From positions 1-26,989 of the forward strand of contig NIVC01005074.1 in assembly GCA_002269645.1 (NCBI GenBank): a stretch of 26,989 nt of DNA. Reading direction: 5' to 3'. Of the stretch, positions 9,749 to 20,022 are shown in pieces. A model generated the notes under the pieces. The model was given only the letters and a program-made list of their open reading frames with translations, was not told the origin of the DNA and did no database searches. Source of the DNA: Macrostomum lignano (Eukaryota). How positions within the stretch are numbered: position 1 is the first letter of the stretch; each line of letters opens with the position of its first letter. A program made the translations under genes and the position numbers.

Positions 9749-10848
9749 TGCGACTGTAAATAATTTTAAGACTTTGAGATTGCGGTAGCACTTTACCCGA
9801 AGGGGGCTAGCTAGTGTGTCCCGGGGCCGGCTTGACTAATGATTCTGCGTCTTTGTCTGAGCTGCCTATCGTTCAAATAAAACACAATTATGCGAACGAC
9901 ATTGTAATTTTAACAGTTAAATAAAGACGTAAGTAGGCACATTGTAAAAAGGGAAAAATGGAGGGAGGGGCACAAAAAGGGATATCAACTGATTTAAACA
10001 AGCGTTTGGAGGTGATTTGACAATAGAGCAATCTAAAACAATATACGAGCGTATTATACGAAGGAGTATGGATATGAGAACCACTGTTAGCAACAGAGCG
10101 TACTGATTTTTATAGCAAAAACTGCTCAAAATTTGCTTGCCTGCCAGTCTCTGAGGGCCACATTTAAGGGGGGGGGGCGCCAGTCTAAGGGGCGAAGTCT
10201 CTTTGGGGGGGGGGGCGCTAGTCTTGGAAGGGGGCGACAGTCTCGGAGGGGGGGGACGCTAGTCTCCGAGTTTCTGGGAGACAGGAAGACAGTCTCTGCG
10301 GGGAGGACGTTGTGAAATACTCTGTCTTCCAGCAGGGACTCGCTCTAGTATTGCTTTTTCGATCCAATAAACTTTTGAAGCCGCTATTGATCGCTAGATG
10401 ATCTTCGTAGTACTGATAGAAAGAGGTTAGGCCCTTAAAATATTACTGGCAAGCTTAATATGTGCTTTCACTGATGGGTACAAACGATGCCGTTAAAATA
10501 CCAATGACAATGACAAGCTCAACTGTGTGACGAATATAATATTCCTTAGTAAAAGTTTTCATATATGAATTGTTTCATTGCTAATCCGAGAGTCTTGGGT
10601 TCAGGTTGCCAACCGGAACGACGACCCAATTTCTTGTTTTTTTTCATCTATTTTTCTCGGAGTGACTCATTAAATTGCTTGATACTATCTGCTGGATATC
10701 AAAGCGATCTAGAAAGCTAGCGACAAGAAACTTGCTGATAATAAGCGTTAAAATAGGCTTCGAAGCACTTAGCCTTTGGCGTGGCGAAAAATATTGTGCA
10801 CTCTTCACTATTGTGCATTCCTATTGAGGAATGTTCAACCAACGATGA

Positions 10849-11661
10849 TTAAAATTTGACAGGGTTTAATTTGCTTTGCATGAACTGTTGCTCAGGCCGC
10901 CTAATCGCGTCAAACTGTTCATCACCATTCTGCGCACAGAGAGGCAAAGGTATAACTGGTGCCGCAACCTGCGGTTCCTGATCGGAAGTTAGAGCTTCCG
11001 TTGCAGTTTCAGCAGCCGGTTCATGCCAACCTTCGGAGGTGAGTTTAGTTGACGGTGACGCCGCCTCCGACTGAGACAGAGACTGTGCATCAATAGCTTG
11101 AGTATCTCCAGACTCAACTGCAGAAACGTCTTCGCCACTGTAGCATTGAGTAGCCCAATACCGAATTTTAAAGGACAGAAGTTGACTAGATCGATTGAGT
11201 CGAAATACTAGCAAGGCAAAGCAAAATGAGACAAACAACAAGCCGAAAGCGATAGCAACCGGTTGAATTCCAAACGCTAAAGAGCGGTTATGCAACGGGA
11301 GGTCATTGCTTGGAATCATAGGCCGAGCAGAATTACCATTTTCAAATTTCTCTGGAAGACCAAGTCTTGATGGCAAAACCGATTCATTACAATAAGAATA
11401 CCTCTTAATTAGAATACAGAATTCGTCTTTGGAACTATGCGTGCTAGTGCAAGATTGGAGGACATCGTCGCAAGACTGACAATTGCATAGAAAGTCGTGG
11501 TACTGATTGGCCAAACAATGTACAAGGTTCTGCATAGATTCACTGCAATCTTCGCGACTTCGTGGAAAGCTGCCAATTGATTTAACTATGTTGAATTTAA
11601 AGTTTACAATCCATAGCCATAGTTGCTGATAATAAATAAGTTGATTGAAAAAGTTGCGCAT
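10849..11661 (-). CDS. Receptor gene C, 270 aa, single-CRD TNFR-like type I membrane protein
   Basis: Domain CSESMQNLVHCLANQYHDFLCNCQSCDDVLQSC...CILIKRYSYC, sequon NES, TM VAIAFGLLFVSFCFALLVF followed by R, acidic S/A/E/Q tail. The signal peptide is atypical, so the start is less certain. Confidence 0.78.
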   Translation of the reverse strand: MRNFFNQLIYYQQLWLWIVNFKFNIVKSIGSFPRSREDCSESMQNLVHCLANQYHDFLCNCQSCDDVLQSCTSTHSSKDEFCILIKRYSYCNESVLPSRLGLPEKFENGNSARPMIPSNDLPLHNRSLAFGIQPVAIAFGLLFVSFCFALLVFRLNRSSQLLSFKIRYWATQCYSGEDVSAVESGDTQAIDAQSLSQSEAASPSTKLTSEGWHEPAAETATEALTSDQEPQVAAPVIPLPLCAQNGDEQFDAIRRPEQQFMQSKLNPVKF

Positions 11662-11898
11662 TTTTTGTACAAATCTGTTGACTTTACAGACCTTTGCGGT
11701 ATGGCTCGAGCGCCTGAAAATTCGTTAAAAACATAGCTAATTGTAAAGGTAAATGAGCAAGCGGTATGGTAGTGTGTGTGTGTGTGGACTCCCTAATCAT
11801 TAGAATTCAATGAGATGTGTTCAACTTTAAGTGGGACAGCTTCGATATGGGAAAATGAGAGAAAAACAGTGATGCTTAACAAAGCATCAGAAGACTCG

Positions 11899-13080
11899 TT
11901 TGCCAATGCAATGGAGCTTTTGTCTATGGTAGCAAGGCTATGGCATTTAATTTGGTCCAACAAGCATCAATTTGGCCCAACAAGCACCAATTTGGTCCAA
12001 CAAGCACCAATTTGGTCCAACAAGCATCAATTTGGTCCAACAAGCACCAATTTGGTCCAACAAGCATCAATTTGGTCCAACAAGCACCAATTTGGTCCAA
12101 CAAGCATCAATTCGGTCCAACAAGCATCAATTCGGTCTAACAAGCACCAATTTGGTCCAACAAGCACCAATTTGGTCCAACAAGCACCAATTTGGTCCAA
12201 CAAGCATCAATTTGGTCCAACAAGCACCAATTTGGTCCAACAAGCATCAATTTGGTCCAACAAGCACCAATTTGGTCCAACAAGCACCAATTTGGTCCAA
12301 CAAGCATCAATTTGGTCCAACAAGCACCAATTTGGTCCAACAAGCATCAATTCGGTCCAACAAGCATCAATTCGGTCTAACAAGCACCAATTTGGTCCAA
12401 CAAGCACCAATTTGGTCCAACAAGCATCAATTTGGTCCAACAAGCACCAATTTGGTCCAACAAGCACCAATTTGGTCCAACAAGCATCAATTTGGTCCAA
12501 AAAGCACCAATTTGGTCCAACAAGCATCAATTTGGTCCAACAAGCACCAATTTGGTCCAACAAGCACCAATTTGGTCCAACAAGCACCAATTTGGTCCAA
12601 AAAGCACCAATTTGGTCCAACAAGCATCAATTTGGTCCAACAAGCACCAATTTGGTCCAACAAGCATCAATTTGGTCCATAGCTTTATTTTCAACTGTTG
12701 CGAATGAGCAAGATCAGCCCCAGAATTGTGTATGATATGCTAGGCTGTTGAACCAATGTCATTGGCTTGCGATCGAAGCGCTCGACAGAGGTGAACACCC
12801 AAAGGACATTGCAAGGCTGTTCAATGTAAAAGAAAGATGGTTTACAGCATCCAGCAGCGCTTTGAAACCACTGCCGGCAGAGGTCGCCTGCGAAAAGAAA
12901 GATAATTCTATGTTGACGTTGCAGAAAATGTAGCAGAATTTGAAGAAACAGTTCCAGTTGGTTATCAGATTTTTGACTATCGGTAGAGCTCTGGAAAAGC
13001 GTTTGGACCAAATTGATGCTTGTTGGACTAAATTAAATGCCGCTCTGACAGCCTCGCTACCATAGACAAACATTGGCAAA
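11899..13080. mobile_element. Degenerate TIR element (possible Tc1/mariner relic) with an HTH-like remnant
   Basis: 11899-~11975 and ~13002-13080 are imperfect inverted copies (tttgccaatg..tttgtctatggtagc..gcatttaatt.gtccaacaagcatcaatttgg). Internal ORF 12748-12933 contains AIEALDRGEHPKDIARLFNVKER, like a transposase N-terminal helix-turn-helix. Confidence 0.5.
11949..12679. repeat. 20-bp minisatellite, ~36 copies
   Basis: Unit aatttggtccaacaagcacc or aatttggtccaacaagcatc. It accounts for the SNKHQFGPT-repeat ORFs. Confidence 0.97.
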
Positions 13081-13845
13081 TGTATCTTGGATTAACTTAA
13101 ATGCGCGTAAATTTAAATAAGCCGCAAAAAAGCTATATTTGATCGAACTATGAGCTAATTATACCTTTGCTGAAATTGAAATGGTTAGGTCCTACAATGA
13201 ATGGCGAAATGATTAACACGTAATTAGAACTTTTACCACAATTTTAAAGGAAATATATACGGCTGTAATTTTATTTACAAAATTTACGAATATATGGTAT
13301 TATGATAGATACTTCTAACCTGCAAGAGTATATGTAGGTTAAAAATATTACAATGGGAAAATCAGTTAAGGTTAGTGTTTGTTTGCATAAATAGAGAGTA
13401 CGAGCGTATTTCGACTATATATCGAAAGCTACACGTCATCTTCACATATATAAAAAGTGCGTAAATTATCTGTACATCACAAATTGTGCCCCTAAAGAAG
13501 AAAAATAATGCAAACATTCGAATCAAAACAAAAAAACATTTCGCTTCAAAAGTAGCAGTAATTAGTGATATTGGAGACTGCTAAAAGTACGAATTTCTGG
13601 ACCTTTACGGCGTGTAAATTTAGTACCAAGGACGACTTAGGAATTGCAGGAAACTTCATTTCCTACAAACCATCTGAAAGGCTGGTCTTTAATACACTAC
13701 TGAGTTAGGAACTGTTCGCTAAAAGGATAACAAGCTTCTTATACGCCATAAAACTTGCTTAGTACAAACTGGATATCCATAAAGCGAGCACAGGTCGGTC
13801 AAACGTCTTCCATAGTTAATATGTGATAAAATTGAAACACAAAAA

Positions 13846-14240
13846 TTCGAAGAGTGCCTGGAAAGTTCTGACACTTTTGATTCTAGAGCAAAAACGTTAG
13901 CAGCTGCAAGCACAACTTTGGTATCATTTTTAATGAATTCAGTCGCGTGTTTTTTGGTCATTTCATTCAAAAGTTATGTGTGAAAAACCATCGCAGTGCC
14001 CCTAAAATACCCCCCCCCCACTTCATTCCTCAACTTAAGTCTACCGCGGCGTAGCTAAGTTGCGTCACTCGCAAGATTGAGAGACTTTACCTGCACTCTC
14101 AAAAATGGCGACCACAAACGGAATCTTCTGTAATGGCGAATTTTCGATGTTATAAATTTTGTTATAAATTTTGAATGAAATGACCAAAATACAGGCGACT
14201 AAACTCTATAAGTGTCAGACTTTTCCATACACCCCTCGTA
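13846..14240. mobile_element. Mariner-like MITE with long imperfect terminal inverted repeats
   Basis: Right end reverse complement tacgaggggtgtatggaaaagtctgacactt (mariner-type terminus with TA) matches left end ttcgaagagtgcctggaaagttctgacactt at 24/31. Inner inverted pair at ~13941-13972 and ~14171-14201. Confidence 0.6.
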
Positions 14241-14940
14241 CACGTAGGCTGAAATTTTAGCCACAACTCATTGCACAGCTGCTCTATTATTGACTGGTAA
14301 AACTGTAAAACTATTCAACATGCTGAGCACGGGTTATACAACGACGTCTTAAGTAGAAGGATGGGAAAAATACACTACGGAGATAGGAAGTTTTCATTTT
14401 TTCAGCACGAAAATTGCTATTGCTTTTGATAGGAGGCCGATCCAGTGTTCATCTTTTGATATGTTGTGCCTTTCTTATTGCTCTATCGATATTATCGATA
14501 TTCATATTGAATACTTTGAATATTGAATATTGAATACTTAATCTTAGGAGGCAGATCCAGTGTTCATCTTTTGATATGTTGTGCCTTTCTTATTGCTCTA
14601 TCGATACATAGTAGGTTACGAATGGCTATGATTGGCTGAAAAATATGCACCATATTCGATAAAGCAATAAGAAAGGCACAACACATCAAAAGATGAACAC
14701 TGGATCTGCCTGGCAGAAAAACCTGCCTTCTCTAAACATTGCAAAGAAACGAGGTTTCCCATCCTTCTACTTGAGTTGTCCTTGGGGTTATATATAACTA
14801 TTTGAACGCATTTGTCGCATACAACTTGCTGATTGAATATCACAGGGAAAATTAACCGAAAAGTTGTGCAATTTGGTTTAGCAGTTTTACTATTCAATAG
14901 ATCAACCTATGCAAGGGGTTGTGGATAAAAGTTGGGCTCG
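14241..14940. mobile_element. Fold-back (palindromic) element, ~700 bp, with an internal duplication
   Basis: The ~60-bp block gatccagtgttcatcttttgatatgttgtgcctttcttattgctctatcga occurs at ~14438 and ~14554 and inverted at ~14655-14712. aagtagaaggatgggaaa (~14352) is inverted at ~14757. Outer arms are also weakly inverted. Confidence 0.6.
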
Positions 14941-15450
14941 TTCACAGCAACTTTTCGTAATTTATTAACGAAATATCAGCAAATGAACAGATAATACATT
15001 AAATAACTATTGCTACACAAATAATTATTCAATTTATTACAAAATGAAAACAATTTAGAATAAAATTAGCACCTGATAATTTATAAGTAGCATAAAACTG
15101 ATTAAATATGGCGCTTCATATTGTTAAAAAATTACCATAAGATACACAATATCAACATATAAGCGGAATGTGTACATATGGATTGTTTTACTCGTAAATG
15201 GCGCTAAGAATAAATCAATTTGTCCAAAAATACGCACGTGTTTTTAGAAAAATTGCCAAGAACAGACACAACCATAACTTGTAGCCATAAAATCACGCGG
15301 TTACCTCGTGGATTTGTTTCTTTGCTTTGCGCTCTGGTCCGCCTTCATTGCACTAGGATAAAAAGTGAGTTTGACATATTAGCTTTGCCTCAGATCATAG
15401 AATAACAAAGGCTTCCATTCTTGAATAAGTGTTGAATAAATTTGGCATCC

Positions 15451-16323
15451 TCAAAAGCTACTAGTGGCATTGGCACTAGCAGATGCTGCCACTTTTTTGC
15501 GCGCATTGTCTTGATCGCGCCTGCTTCCAGGCGTAGCAGACTGTTGCTCGGTAGTGCCACTAGCTGGAATGCCTGGCGTACTGCCTGCCAGGACTGGATC
15601 CATCACGTCTAGTAGTTGCGCAGGCGGTGTCGTCTGAGTGACTCCGGCGCTTAGGCTGCGCGCTAGCAGCGGTCGGGACGACTGAGTCTGCTCTGGAGGC
15701 GATGACGGTACCGAAGCGGCCCGACCGAATATGCGCCATTGTTGCATAAACTTTGGCAATCTCTTTGAGTATGTACGGCCAAGAAGCAGTGCTGCTACTA
15801 GTGCTGCGAAAATTATAATTAATACCAAACCGATAGCAAGAAAGACAACATAATTTGGCTGCTCATAGTTTGTAGTTGACTGATAATTGTAGGCAGCTGC
15901 AGCATTATTATTAGTGGACGCAAATCTACTAGCAACCGAAGCGACACTGTTCAATGTGGAAAGATGGGTGATGGTGGAAGCTTCACGTGTTGTACTAGCG
16001 CTTGTAGAAGGCAAAGTAGTAGTTTTGGTACTGTTGTCGCAGTAATACAATTCTTTTAATTTTGAACAAAACTCGTCACTAGGACGTGGCTGACTGCAAT
16101 GCTGCCAAGTGGCCTCACAATGTACACAAGTGCAGTGGACATCGTAGTACTCATTTTCGGAGCAATTTAGCATGTTCTGAGTTTGCCGGACGCACTCGTA
16201 CCGACTCATTGGGTAGCTCAGTGGATTTTTTACACTCATCGACAGAACCAAATTAGACATCAAGTTGATCTGAATCAGAGTTACAAAAGTCAGAAATTTC
16301 CAAATTTGGTTATTTGCTGCCAT
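15451..16323 (-). CDS. Receptor gene D, 290 aa, single-CRD TNFR-like type I membrane protein
   Basis: ATG 16323, hydrophobic leader IWKFLTFVTLIQINLMSNLVLS. Domain CVRQTQNMLNCSENEYYDVHCTCVHCEATWQHC...CSKLKELYYC, sequon NST, T/S-rich stalk, TM VVFLAIGLVLIIIFAALVAALLLG followed by RTYSKR. Confidence 0.85.
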   Translation of the reverse strand: MAANNQIWKFLTFVTLIQINLMSNLVLSMSVKNPLSYPMSRYECVRQTQNMLNCSENEYYDVHCTCVHCEATWQHCSQPRPSDEFCSKLKELYYCDNSTKTTTLPSTSASTTREASTITHLSTLNSVASVASRFASTNNNAAAAYNYQSTTNYEQPNYVVFLAIGLVLIIIFAALVAALLLGRTYSKRLPKFMQQWRIFGRAASVPSSPPEQTQSSRPLLARSLSAGVTQTTPPAQLLDVMDPVLAGSTPGIPASGTTEQQSATPGSRRDQDNARKKVAASASANATSSF

Positions 16324-18012
16324 CACCAGACTTCTCCAGGGAAGAGAGCGCTATCGCAGCCCGTTTTAGCTCACATGCATGAAATTTTAGCAAGGCATTT
16401 AAAGAGAGCATATAGACGACATTGATATACAAACAAGTAGGGGACACATTTAAAAATCATTTCGTTAAGATGAACAGAAACTGTAACTGAAAAAGTACAA
16501 AAAATCAACTCTTTACCAGTACTATTTCTGCATTAAAATTAAAAAGTCTACCATTTGTCATCTTGCCTTATGAGACTATAAGGGCCTATAATATTTTGTA
16601 GCCATAAATACTTATTTAAAGCAGTGAATTAAATTTTAAAGACATCAATATTAAATTTATGACGTTTATTTTTACAAGCAAAATTTACAATGTTTACAAC
16701 AGATCAAGTGGCGCTTGGAAGTAATAATTTAAAATCAATAAAATAACGTGCAAACAAAAAAGACAAAAAACAACTGCGGATATTAAATAAGCTTCTTTTG
16801 ATTTTGATTAATTGCTTTCGTTATTTCAAACACAATAGTTTTTCGAAAACATATAAAAAGTAATTCTCCAGCTACACACTAGCATTGAATGCCAAGTATA
16901 ATATAAGCAGATATGAGAGAGCATATGCAAATAGGACCGGAACGAAAACGCACAATTTAATATTTTGACATGGGCTCGCAATATGTTGTGCTTCGAATGT
17001 ACAAAACGGAATAATATTTGCCGGTGAAAAAATGACGCATTATTAGATTAATATATGCCAATCCCACCGCCTAAAACATTGGGTTCATCGCTGCGAGTGG
17101 TCTGGTAGCGCATTAGGCGTTGTCTTTTAAATGCCATAGCGCGAACGGGGTGACGCAACACCTAGCACCATTTTCCTGGCCACGCTGGAAACCTGACCAT
17201 CGCTATTAACAACAACAGCAACATTGATAGTCAATTAGCAGGTTTTAAGTCACACTTGGTAATTTAGCTGTTTTAAAAACTAGAAAGAAAGACGCATAAA
17301 GACATTTAAATTTTTTAAGTACAGTGTACATTTTCTTTAGTGATATTTATCTGGTGCTGTTTAAAACAGAACAAGGCTTTTTAAAAATTCAAAAATTAAG
17401 AATTGGAATACTTCACACGATATTTTGTTGAGGCAGAGTGACGCAAAGGATGATCACAGATATATAAATAAAAATGTTGCAGAAATATTGACGATTACTA
17501 CTTTAAGCATTGGGGACACAAGAAGCAGAATTTGGATTTTTGAATGGATTTTACAGCTGCTAATCTGTGTTATTTCAAGTGATCTTAAATCTCTTTCTCT
17601 GCTTACTATAAAGTTTGTCAACTTAAGCTTATAAAGTGGAGCCCAATACACAAATGATACGTCATTATGCTCACAGTGACACCAGGAAGCTAGGTTGGGC
17701 GAAAAAGTGACAAAAAATTGGACCTAGGATAGGGGAGAACAAGCAAAGGGATAATTTGGGACACCACTTTATTAGCTTAAGTTTACATAATAGTTCCTAA
17801 TTATACGTCGTCTTTTTGTGGTGTTTTTTATTATGATGCATACAGAAATTTTTTGTCTGCTAAAAACTTTCTTTAACAAATACGATTGTTTTGTTCAAAG
17901 ATGGTTAATTTTACAGATTACAGACCTAGGTTGGAGCGGCTGTTGTATTATTCGTTATGACAAATTAACAATTCATACAAAAACGTTTTAAATTTTCGAA
18001 TGACCCGACAGT

Positions 18013-18789
18013 TCAGGCATTGGCTTGCGGAGCAGGGTCAGGAGTGTCTGGTATGTCGACCACTACCGGCTCATAATCCGAGCCATTTTCCACATGCTGC
18101 TGCTGCTGCTGCTGCTCATCAAGCAGAGGAGATACCGATTCAATTACAGTAGGCTCACTGAGCACGCTTACTCTGCCGTTAGTATTGTTCTGCTGGATCG
18201 CGCTGTTGTTTTCAAAAGCTGCTAATGGCGGCTGAGTATGTGCTTGCCGACTCCTAGGCAACAGGCGACAAAAGCTAGTAAACTTCACTCTTATCACGTC
18301 GGCGTACTTCAATCGAATGAACACCGCTATTCCGATTACAACAACTATGATAATTAGAATAGGAATTGTTATCTTCACTGCAGTGGACAGACCGTCATAG
18401 ACTTTGCCGTTGCTGTCGGTAGTTAACAACAGATTATCAGTACCTCTGCTAGTAGACTCTACGCCTCTCGCACTGGTGGTAGGAGTGAAACTACTAGCAT
18501 TGCCACTGCTTGTAGTATTCAGTGCGCAATAGTTTAGCTCACGATATTTCGGACAAATTAAGTCATTAGGATTTGAAAAGCATCTTTGTTTCACAATGGT
18601 GCAGCTCTGACACTCGCATTGCGAGTTAAAATAATTCTCGCTTTGATTCGAGCAAGCTTGAAGCAATCTTACATTAATTTTATCCTTGCAAATGTTGAAA
18701 CTGAAAGGATATGACACTTCCTGTGCTACGGAATCAAGTAGCTGGCATACAAAGATTATTGTTGACAAAACGATAATCCGGCAATCCAT
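18013..18789 (-). CDS. Receptor gene E, 258 aa, single-CRD TNFR-like type I membrane protein
   Basis: ATG 18789 MDCRIIVLSTIIFVCQLLDSVAQ. Domain CKDKINVRLLQACSNQSENYFNSQCECQSCTIVKQRC...CPKYRELNYC, sequon NTT, TM ITIPILIIIVVVIGIAVFI followed by RLK, polyQ/acidic tail. Confidence 0.85.
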   Translation of the reverse strand: MDCRIIVLSTIIFVCQLLDSVAQEVSYPFSFNICKDKINVRLLQACSNQSENYFNSQCECQSCTIVKQRCFSNPNDLICPKYRELNYCALNTTSSGNASSFTPTTSARGVESTSRGTDNLLLTTDSNGKVYDGLSTAVKITIPILIIIVVVIGIAVFIRLKYADVIRVKFTSFCRLLPRSRQAHTQPPLAAFENNSAIQQNNTNGRVSVLSEPTVIESVSPLLDEQQQQQQHVENGSDYEPVVVDIPDTPDPAPQANA

Positions 18790-18951
18790 AGGGCCATAAA
18801 AAAGCAATAAAGTAATTTTTGTATTACCAAATAATTGCTGCAGAATAAATAAACAAATATTAATTAGAAAAATAAGTATAATTCTCCATCAGAAAATTTT
18901 TTATCCACTACAATAAAAAATACCATTTTTCACTCCTAAATAATACTATCT

Positions 18952-19700
18952 AAGACTCTAGATAACATCACCTGTGACTCTAGAAAATTACTACCTGTGA
19001 CTAGACAATAGCACCTAAGACTCTAGATAACTACCACCTGTGACTCTAGAAAATTACTACCTGTGACTAGACAATAGCACCTAAGACTCTAGATAACTAC
19101 CACCTGTGACTTTAGATAATTACCACATGTGACTCTAGACAATAGCACTTAAGACTCTAGATAATTACCACCTGTGACTCTAGACAATAGCACTTAAGAC
19201 TCTAGATAATTACCACCTGTGACTCTAGATAATTACCACATGTGACTCTAGACAATAGCACCTAAGACTCTAGATAACTACCACCTGTGACTCTAGAAAA
19301 TTACTACCTGTGACTAGACAATAGCACCTAAGACTCTAGATAACTACCACCTGTGACTCTAGAAAATTACTACCTGTGACTAGACAATAGCACCTAAGAC
19401 TCTAGATAACTACCACCTGTGACTTTAGATAATTACCACATGTGACTCTAGACAATAGCACTTAAGACTCTAGATAATTACCACCTGTGACTCTAGACAA
19501 TAGCACCTAAGACTCTAGATAACTACCACCTGTGACTTTAGATAATTACCACATGTGACTCTAGACAATAGCACCTAAGACTCTAGATAACTACCACCTG
19601 TGACTCTAGATAATCACCACCTGTGACTCTAGATAATTACCACACGTGACTCTAGACAATAGCACTTAAGACTCTAGATAATTACCACCTGTGACTGTTG
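18952..19700. repeat. Composite minisatellite of alternating 22- and 23-bp units
   Basis: gactctagacaatagcacttaa and gactctagataattaccacctgt, roughly 33 units. Confidence 0.95.
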
Positions 19701-20022
19701 ATAATACCACCTGTCAAACCAAATCAAAAGAAAAGAGACAGATATACCCGTGAAAAAAAATTGCATAGACAGCTCCCAATCGGGCACATGTGCCAATATT
19801 ATATTATATTTACTTAACATTAAGGGAGCCCACAATGGCGTTAGTAAGTTTAATAATATTTTATCTAAATTAAAGAACACTAGCTAGCTAGCTACCTACC
19901 CAAATAATAACTATTAAACAATGAATAAACTAGCGCATCTGAGGGTGTGTTCCAGTCTGTAACAGAAGCATCTATGATAGGTCAGTCAACAACAAAGCTG
20001 GGGACACAATCAAGTTCTGATT

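Noticed and set aside
8844-9791. Several overlapping Pro/Gly/Arg-rich ORFs on both strands
   Set aside because: All frames are open only because the 24-bp unit lacks stops.
11815-12735. SNKHQFGPT / LDQIGACWTK repeat ORFs
   Set aside because: They are translations of the 20-bp minisatellite on both strands.
5526-18789. Death domain or NF-kB sites that would strengthen the TNFR call
   Set aside because: The tails are low-complexity with no helical domain pattern, and no convincing GGGRNNYYCC site was seen near the genes.
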